A stretch of 64,000 bases of DNA from a virus (taxonomy: Duplodnaviria; Caudoviricetes), in the IMG/VR virus record IMGVR_UViG_3300009868_000002, positions 39,556 through 103,555 of that record; one strand, 5' to 3'. Shown piece by piece: positions 1-9,200 of the stretch (the stretch's first letter is position 1; each line of letters opens with the position of its first letter). A model generated the notes under the pieces. The model was not told the origin of the DNA, made no database searches, and saw only the letters and a program-made list of their open reading frames with translations. The translations under genes and the position numbers were made by a program.

Positions 1-1
1 G

Positions 2-496
2 AGTGCTGATGCACTGGCGCGTACTAGCATGCAGCAACAGCAGCTAAAGTCACAGCAGCAAATGGAATATGCCAATACGCTGGACGTGATGGGTCGCCAG
101 CGGGTACAAGCGGAGAATTACGCCGAGCAGCTAACGCAGCAAAGTAAAGCTGGATACCAGATGGGACTACAAAACATTCTGGAAAGCGTAGGCGGTACAG
201 GACAGAAGCTTACCGACTATAGGGCCAACATCGCACAGCAGCGCCTGATTAACTCGGTATTGCAAACAGCTGACTTCAAATTAGGCGACCCCAAGGGACT
301 TATCGAGAAAGCTATTCGGGGACAGGAAGTGGATATCAACGATGCTATACGAATCAATCAGGATATAGCCAGTGGCACTATTACCCCCGAAGAGGGATAT
401 AAGCAGCTGGAAGAGCTGACGGCGGCACACCGACAGCGTACAGGTGCTTTGACGACGCAGGCTTACGGGGGTTGGCTAAAGAAAATGACTAAGTAA
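2..496 (+). CDS. 3' part of a putative virion/cargo protein (starts upstream of the window)
   Basis: The frame of ORF 29..496 is open back to position 2; Gln-rich helical sequence; TAATG overlap with the next cargo gene. Confidence 0.6.
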   Translation, partial: SADALARTSMQQQQLKSQQQMEYANTLDVMGRQRVQAENYAEQLTQQSKAGYQMGLQNILESVGGTGQKLTDYRANIAQQRLINSVLQTADFKLGDPKGLIEKAIRGQEVDINDAIRINQDIASGTITPEEGYKQLEELTAAHRQRTGALTTQAYGGWLKKMTK

Positions 497-3270
497 TGGC
501 ATTAGCACGAGGAACAATCATAAAGCCGGTAGAGATAAACCTCCCGGTATTGCAGGCCCCCACAGAGCTTATGTATCAGGCCATGATAGGGATGCAATCG
601 GAGAAGGATATGTATAGTGCTCTAGCGTCCACTACCCCTAAAGCACGTACCGTTGATGAGCCTTGGCGTCAGGAGTATACCAAGTACGTGCAGGACTTGA
701 GCGATAGTGTAGCACAGGCTTTTGCCAGTGGCAATACGGAGTACGCCATGAAGTCGCTGCGCAAAGCTAAGACGAATGTACAGGAGTTGTGGAAACCTGG
801 GGGATTGGCTTATGCGTTGGAAGAAGGCGCTATCGCTGAAGCCACTGAAATAGCGCGTATCAAGGAAGCACACGAGAAAGACCCTACAGGTGCTGGTAAT
901 ATGATGTTTGCGCTAAAGCGCTTTAGGCAGGGACAGCAGCCACTAAACTATGATTACGAAACAGGGCAGTACAATAGAGTAGGACAAGCAGACTTATATA
1001 GGCATGTAGTTATCCCTGCTGAATTGCAGGAGCTGGCAAAAGCTACAGTACCCGACTTAACAGAACAGGATTTTGTTACAGGGGCATGGATAGAGAAAAT
1101 TAAGACAAAAAATGTACCGCCGGAGAGGCTGGCAGGACTATTCGATGCTTTTATTGCACGCCCCGATGTACGTAGTCAGCTGGAAGTAGATTACTTTTCT
1201 TCTACCGGCATCGATTTAGCAGACTATGACTTCAAGGGTATGGACTTATCGACTCCTGAAGGTGCCAAGAAATTCGAGTTTGTAGCTATCACTAAAAATG
1301 CGCTGGATAAGAATTATAAAACTACTAAAGATGTATATACTGCGATGTCGGATACCGACAAGCAGAAATATCTTAAGGAGTTAGGATACTATAAGGGAAA
1401 GATTGACGGTGCGTTTGGAAAACTCAGTAAGGAAGCTGAAGAAGCTTACCTTACGCAGCTGGAAAAGAGCTATACGAATAATGTTACCTCCCTCTTGGAA
1501 AATCCCAGAAGGTATCTTATTGAAGATGTTGCTGCAGCAGGGCACCGCCAGATGTTCTTTAACTTATTTGGCAAGGAGTACAGCCATACGCTGAAGGAAA
1601 ATCCCTACTACTTGGAGAATCTGCGATTTTCCCATCGCAAGGCATTGCAAAAGAACTGGTACGATTTAAAGCAGCAATATGTTTTGCCACAAACAGATAC
1701 TACTACTGTTGCTCCTGGTCCTGCCATAGACTTCGATACTACACTGCAAAACATGATTGATACTGCTACTGGCAGGGAGAAAGCTGCTAATAATATGCTC
1801 GGCAATATCATGAAGCAGCCTGATGTCGTAGCAGTATTAGGCACTAAAGGACTGGGGAAAGAAGACGTTATCAAGCTTACAGAGCTTTGGGAGAAAGCAC
1901 AAGGTATGGCAAATCCCAAGCAATATTTCAATAGCCAGGCTTATGGAATTATTCCTGTAGGTGCCAATCTGGAGAAGATGTACGACTTCATAGGTACCAA
2001 AGGAGGAGAACTTGGTAGTATCGTTAACGATATGGAGTCTGCTGCTATTGAACGTAGTAGGCTACAAAAAGTAGAGTCTGAAATAGTCATAGAAACAGGA
2101 GCATTAAATGATAGTTATAGTCAGTTAAAAGACAAGTTACCGGAAGGAACTACTATACAGCAGTTTGCTGATATGGTACAGCGTGCATCAAAGATGACGG
2201 TAGATGAAATACGCGCTAATCGAGAACTTGCTATATTCGCCTCAAAGAAATCATCGCATCCTGAAGCTATAGAATGGGAGAATGAAGCTACACAGCTTTG
2301 GAGAAAAACTAAAAAAGAAGTAACAAAAACAATCAAGCAGACAGGCAAAGTACCTCAAGCCTTGACTTCTTTAGTACTGCATGCTACCAGTCCTAAAGAC
2401 CCTATAGCTATAGCTAATAAGCAAATGTCCGGGATGCTGAATGCCAATAAGCATGTCTTTGTTGATGCTGCCACGGGAGTCACTGGAGAGCTTACTGCTA
2501 TAGGAGACAGTAAGGCTGTTAACGTAGATGCTATTGATATGAGCAAGGCTACTGCCGCCATGACTACTATTGCCGGTAAGCCTGTAATTCAAATCACTAC
2601 TCCTGCAAATAGCAAGGGAGATAGCAAAGTATATCAAGTAGAAGTTCCTTCGCAGAATAGCAACATGCGGGATATTGCTCTTGGAGCAATACGCCAGAAA
2701 GTAGCTATGGCACTGAATAACGGAGATACCAAAATGCTGCTGCACTATTCCAGCATCCTTAGTCAGGTAGGACTTACTGATACTGATATGGGGTATAGGG
2801 CTATAGAGGTTAACAACCGTATAGCGATAGACCCTGATGAAGCTCCCGTTACTACTGCCAGTGGAGGAAAGCTGTCATCTGCCTATACTCCTGTCAAGTC
2901 CGTATCTATGCAAGACAGAGTAGGAAACGAATACACTTATAACATTATCACCTGGGGCAACGATAATGGCAAGCGTTGGGGCATTACATTTGGCAATACG
3001 CTGCTGGGCCCAGTGCAAATAGCCGATACAGAAGCAGGTCTAGGCGTAACGTTTGATAATACCAGAAGTGTCTCCGATTCTGGCTATACCAGGTATGAAG
3101 ATGTGCTTACAGCATTGGAAGCAGTAAACCAGGGCATGAACCTTCCTGTAGAAGAAGAATTGAAAAAAGCTGCTGCTGGCGCTGCAATGCAAACGGGAGA
3201 ATCCGAATCAGTAGAAATGAATATTCCTGCCTACATGTTTCAGGACATGGGAATAGGAGAAGAAGAATAA
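496..3270 (+). CDS. Putative virion cargo/ejection protein (924 aa) with a peptidoglycan-binding-like segment
   Basis: Long ORF upstream of the giant RNAP block as in crAss-like phages; internal KQKYLKELGYYKGKIDGAFGKLSKEA resembles PG_binding_1. Confidence 0.6.
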   Translation: MALARGTIIKPVEINLPVLQAPTELMYQAMIGMQSEKDMYSALASTTPKARTVDEPWRQEYTKYVQDLSDSVAQAFASGNTEYAMKSLRKAKTNVQELWKPGGLAYALEEGAIAEATEIARIKEAHEKDPTGAGNMMFALKRFRQGQQPLNYDYETGQYNRVGQADLYRHVVIPAELQELAKATVPDLTEQDFVTGAWIEKIKTKNVPPERLAGLFDAFIARPDVRSQLEVDYFSSTGIDLADYDFKGMDLSTPEGAKKFEFVAITKNALDKNYKTTKDVYTAMSDTDKQKYLKELGYYKGKIDGAFGKLSKEAEEAYLTQLEKSYTNNVTSLLENPRRYLIEDVAAAGHRQMFFNLFGKEYSHTLKENPYYLENLRFSHRKALQKNWYDLKQQYVLPQTDTTTVAPGPAIDFDTTLQNMIDTATGREKAANNMLGNIMKQPDVVAVLGTKGLGKEDVIKLTELWEKAQGMANPKQYFNSQAYGIIPVGANLEKMYDFIGTKGGELGSIVNDMESAAIERSRLQKVESEIVIETGALNDSYSQLKDKLPEGTTIQQFADMVQRASKMTVDEIRANRELAIFASKKSSHPEAIEWENEATQLWRKTKKEVTKTIKQTGKVPQALTSLVLHATSPKDPIAIANKQMSGMLNANKHVFVDAATGVTGELTAIGDSKAVNVDAIDMSKATAAMTTIAGKPVIQITTPANSKGDSKVYQVEVPSQNSNMRDIALGAIRQKVAMALNNGDTKMLLHYSSILSQVGLTDTDMGYRAIEVNNRIAIDPDEAPVTTASGGKLSSAYTPVKSVSMQDRVGNEYTYNIITWGNDNGKRWGITFGNTLLGPVQIADTEAGLGVTFDNTRSVSDSGYTRYEDVLTALEAVNQGMNLPVEEELKKAAAGAAMQTGESESVEMNIPAYMFQDMGIGEEE

Positions 3271-3271
3271 T

Positions 3272-6200
3272 ATGGCTAAAGTAACCAGACCAATCGCTAA
3301 TCTCAATCCTATTACAGGACAGCCTATACTTCCCCCTGCTGATGCAGGATATAAGTTTGGACAAGTGCAGGCAGGAGGAGGCTTTGCACCTTGGAGTGAT
3401 ATAGACTTATCGGAGTTCAGGCGGCTGGTTCCTATTCCAGTACTCACTGGAGATGAAGCTGTTGACTACGCACGGCTAACTGAAGAGAGGGCGCAAAATC
3501 AGTCTACCTTTGAGCAATATCGCAATGGCGTAATAAAGTGGGCTGGTAAGACGGCAACAGCACTCATTGGTGGCTTAGCGACTGTCCCTTATACTATCGG
3601 TGTAGCAGGACTGCAGCTTGCCGACATCGCTATCCCCGGCAACGTGGTAAAGTGGAGCGACATCTATAACAACGCTTTTCAGCGCTCTTTGGATAGTGCT
3701 AACCAGTGGATGGACAAAAACCTGCCTAACTACTATACCAAGGCACAGCAGGAGATGGGACTGGGTAGGCAGATGCTTACTGCCAACTTCTGGGCTAACG
3801 ATTTCCTCGGTGGCATGTCATTCATGACGGGTGCTATCTTGAGTGAGATTACGGCATCCTATCTTACAGCACTTACCTTTGGTGCTGCTGCTCCTGCGCA
3901 GATGATGATAACGCAGGGTATCCTGGCACGTACCGCCAAGCTAATGAAGATGCTGCAGCGTACTGCTCCCATCGACGACGTCATCAAGGGATATGCAGCA
4001 CTTGGTAAGTCGGGAGCAGCATTTCAGAATATACAAGGACTGCGCAGCATCATTACGGGTGCCGGATATGAAGCGGGCGTCGAAGCACGCCACTTTATCG
4101 ATGAAGCAGAACGTGATATGATTAGCAGCTTTGTCGACGCTGAAGGCAGGGAGCCTACAGCAGAAGAGCATGCTTCGATGATGGATAGGATAACCAGGCA
4201 GGCTAATGGCGTCTTCGCTACCAACCTGGGACTGGTAGGTGCCTCTAATGCCGCGATTTTTACCAAGACATTTGCTCCCCTACGCAACATGATTGGCAAG
4301 GCGCTGCGTATGGGCCCTGCTCCTATAGCGGGTGGCGTGCTCTCTCCCTTCGTCAAGGAAGGAGAGAAGCTGGCAGCACGGGAGATAGGGAATTGGGAGA
4401 AAGCATTGGTATCTGCCTATAAGCTCGCCAAGAAGCCCTTCATCGAAGGTGTATGGGAAGAAGGTTTGCAGGGCGTAACAAGCTCGGCAGCAGTGGATTA
4501 CGTCATGAAGAAGTACAGCCATGATGGTGGTGATGCTACTTACTCTATGGCAGAAGCTATTACCAAGGGATTTGAGCAGGCTTACGGCACCAAGGAAGGA
4601 CAAAAGGAAGTGCTCATTGGTGCTATCATGGGGTTGATAGGCAGTCCTATTACCCGATTTGAAGGCAGCTCCATCAAAGATGTAGTAAACTACCTACGTC
4701 AGGGCGATGCCAACAAAGCATTCGCTGAACGCTATAATAACGTACAGACGCTACCGACGATACAAGCAGCCGTGAAGTCTACCATTCGTGGCCATGAGCT
4801 GAATCAGGAAATGGATTACGCCATTGACAGGGATGACTTCTTCAAAGCCAAGAACGCTGAAGATGATGGTATCTTTAACCTGCTGCAGATGCGCTACGAT
4901 TCAGGCTATCTCGACCAGGTTGTTGACGACTTCGACGACGCTGTAAGAGATTACTTGGCCAATAGCGAAGAAGACGGCTACAAGAAGATGGCGGCAGACT
5001 TTGGCTTCGACCCCAGCACGTCGGTAACGGAGATGAAGGATAGGCTCAAAGAGGTGAGGGCAGGGCTGGAGATGAAGGTAGAGGCTTTCCGCAAAGCCAA
5101 GCAGAACGCCAAGGATGCTCTTATCCGCCCTGATGCCGACTTGGAAGAAGGGCTGACATATACGCTATATAACATCGGCAGAAAGAGCGAAAGGGAAAAA
5201 GAGGTAGCCAGTGAGATACAGCGCATAGTAGGTGATGTCGATACCAGAGAGTTGGAAGATATACGTAACTCCAACTTGTCGATATTGTTCTCCCGTAACT
5301 GGAAGAAGACGTTTGAGAGTGAGCGTGGCAATCTTCTCGACGAGATGGATACTATGGAGAAGGACTTGGCAGAAGCACGCCAGAATTACGATAAAGCGCA
5401 AAAGAAGTTTGAAGATAAGATAAAGAGACTAGGAAAGCGGCGTACTCCCAAGACAGCAAAGGAGATAGAAGATATCAACAAGCTGCCAGAAGAGCAGCGT
5501 GAGCTATTGCGCTATCAGGAAACAGGTTATACACAGGAGCTGCTGGATATCGAGTCTTCTATTACTAAGCTAGAAGATAATATCGAGAAGCAGCGTAAGA
5601 AAATCGCCGCCAAAGTAGCTAAGGAATACCAGGACCGCAACAATACGTCTATTCCCTACGACATGGATTCTGTGGAATTTGAGAATCTCGTCGACAGGGC
5701 ACTAGCGCTGCGTAAGAAGCTGGAAGTACACTACAAAAGCAATCCTGTAAATAAGAAGAAGCTAAAGCTCCTATTCGACGACTTGCATAGGCTTTCTGCT
5801 TATCGTCAGCGCCAGATTATGGAATATAACATGCTGGTTAGCCAGCCAGGTGCCGAAAACTTTCTGGAGAACGTCGCTGAGTTACGCTCTCTTATCGAGC
5901 AGGAGATTAATAGTGGTGCAGAAGCACAGCTAAAGAGAGCCGATAAGCTGTTTGCTAACAAGGCACGCGTCAAGAAGCTTATCGCCAGATACTATAGCGA
6001 CGTAAGCCCTGAAACCAAAGATGCGCTGCTGGAGACATTCAAAAGCTATGTCCCTACCGCCGATGAGATGGCGGTGGAAGCAGCAACAAGACAAGGCCCT
6101 GATGCACTCAATGCCCTCATCGAAGGTGCTACGAAGGTATCGGCAGGGCATCAGTATGTAAGCAACCTATTTCGTACGATGCCCCAGTGGATGCGTGCTG

Positions 6201-9200
6201 GTAACGCCGCCATGCAGGCAGAGAAGCAGGCAGCAGAGCAAGCAGTCCAGCAACAGCAGGAAGAACCTAAAGAAGAAGGTGGCATTCCTGTGCCTCCTGG
6301 CAGCTTTAAGAAGCAAGAAGGTGCAGCACCTATATCCCCGTCGACGACTACCGAAGGGGCAGTGAAACCGCCTGCAGGATTTACAGCACCAGGAGCTGCC
6401 AAGTCTTTTGTTGCAGAAGTAACAGAAGGGGAAAAGCCGCCAGAGGGATTTACCGCTGCTCCACCTACTGCTCCCCCTGCTGGATTTACAGCACCTACAG
6501 CGACGCCGCCACCTAAAGGATTTACAGCAGGAGAGCCAGAGACTAAGGGAGGTAGGCAAGTAGCGGTAACTAACCCCAATGAGCTGCTATGGATATGGAA
6601 TGACTATCCCGAAGCACGCAATCAGGAATTATGGGAAGAATCTTTCGATGAAGCTACAGGCAGAGGTATACGCGAGTACCCCGATGCCACCAAGAAGGCG
6701 ATGCGGGCATATACCGCCAAGCCAAAGGCATCGAATCTACAGCTACGTATCGAAGAGTGGAATCCTGCTGCAGAGAATCTGGAGCCCGAAGTACGCATTA
6801 CCGACGATGTGGTGATGATGCGTACTTATCTGCGTGGTGGCAAGCATTGGAGAGCACGTCTCTTTGTGCGGGAAGATGCTAACGATGAATGGCATGAGGT
6901 GGGCAGCTTGCTCAACCCCAAGCGCTATGTCAATAACGATGGAGTGCCTTTCGACTTGACGGACCCCGAGCAGCGCTCCACCCTTAATCCTGCCTTTAAA
7001 GAAGGCGAGCAGGGTGAGAAGCTTTCTACGATGTATGAGAAGCTGACGAAGGAAGAATCGCTATGGAGCTGGATAGACAGCCAGATTGATAAAGGAGGCG
7101 CCACTGTTACGGGGACTCCCTTGCAGGTGGTATTTGGCAAGTCCGATGTGCACGTGAAGATGTTTAACTTCAGCATCAACCACGGTGGTACCGTGATGCG
7201 CTGGCAGGAAAAGCACGGTGGACAGTCTATTGAAGAGAAGTTTCCCCCCGATATCTATGGACGTGAAGTTACCATCAAGGGTAAGAAAACCAAGGCGATA
7301 ATCTATATCGACAAGAAGACGAATACCGCTACCGGAGAGACTAAATTTAACTACACTTTCCTGCATTACGACGAGGACGGCAACAGGATGTATAGCGAAC
7401 CAACGCCGGAGCAGTCACAGGAAATCTACGCTGAAGATAAGGCATTACGAGAGAATAAGCAGAATAAGGCTTACCGTGTGCAGGATAAGATTATACTGTT
7501 TGAATACGATGGCCACAAAGAATGGAGTGGTGTCATGAATCCTCCTGTTGATGCAGAGGCTGTTAAAGCTGTAGATGCAGAGTTGGAGCGCATCTTCACC
7601 AAAGATGAAGAGGGACTATACCCCCATCAGCGGGAAGAGGAATTCGAGGAAGGCAAGGGACGACAGGTAGCGCTGCTTCCCAAGGATGAAGACAGGTATA
7701 TTTCGGTGCTGGCGTATGATAATGCCAGTGGTAAGGGCAACCTGCTCAAGGGCATACATATCAGCCTACAGATGTGGGTGAATAAGCTCAAGAATGCCGA
7801 TGCTTCCAAGCTGCTGGGAGGTCCTACTTCCTACTTCAACGTAGAGTTAGGCATCGAGATGAATGATACCTGGGTGAACTTCATCGTCAGCCGTACAGAA
7901 GACGGTGTTTTCTACATGGAGCCCAAGGATAGCAGGGGCGTAAAGTATCGTACCTACATCGGCCCTAACATAACGATGGAAGGCATCCTCAATGCGCTCC
8001 ATACAGAAGAGTATATGAAGAGTGCTCCTACCAAGTCGAAGATTGCCAACTACCTGGAAGGCAAAGCAAAAGCTTGGGGAGTACCTGGATTTTACATCAA
8101 AGGCACTGGATACAGACAGGGCAACCAGCAAGGCAGGTCAGTCGCAGCATTCGATGCACTAGCGCTGATGTCTCCCAATCCTTCTGCTTTTCTGGATATG
8201 GACTTGAAAGAAGAAGAGGAGATAGGTGCTGTGCAGGAATTTCTGGAAGGACAGGAGCAGAAAGAAGCTGAGGAAGAAAAGAAAGAAGAGGTACCTGCAA
8301 AAACAGAAGCTCCTGCAACAAAAGGATTTACAGTAAACCTGCAATCTACCCGTGGCGAGGATGATGATGTTCCCTTCAAGATTGTCCCTAACGTTTCCGA
8401 CAAGGAGCTTACTACCTTCGATGAGGCTAAAGCTAATATACAGTCTATCCTCAATATCGACGTCAAGGATATAGATACCGTCGTCGGCAACATCGCTAAC
8501 AAGGGCATCACGGTAGGCGCCTTTATGTCGAACGTCGTCTACCTATCCAAGAAAGCATTACCCAAAGGTACAGAGTGGCATGAAGCTTTTCACGTCGTCT
8601 TCCGTACCTTCCTTAGCAACTCACAGATTAGCCACTACCTGGGATTGGCAAGAGAGCGCTATACGCTGCCCAGCAAGGAAGCATTAGAGAAATTCAGGGA
8701 GCAGGCTGCCAACCGTAAAGACTTGACGGCTAAGCAGCTGGAAGACTTGTGGCTGGAGGAGAAGATGGCCGATGACTTTGCAGACTTTCAGGCACACCCT
8801 GCCAGCTATACCAGGACGAAGAAACACAATAATGCTTTCGTCAGGCTATGGAATGAGCTGCTGAAATGGTTAGGGCTCTATAGCGAGCATGCCGACGAGA
8901 TTGAAGCGCTCTTTAGCGACATCAGCATTGGCAAGTTCCGTACGGCTACTCCCGTGTATAACATCTTCAGGCTCCGCAAAGAGGCGGCATGGCTCAACTA
9001 TCCTACTATCGAGATAGCGGAGAACGATATCCTTCCTGTCTTCGACGCCAAGACGGTTAGTAGCGACGTACACATGCTTGCTGCATTGGTGTACAGGCAG
9101 CTGACAGCACAGGGCATTGACGGATTTAATAAGTACCACATCTCTGCCATTCTGGATACCATGCGCGACAGGTTCAACCCCGAGCGCTGGGATAAGAGGC

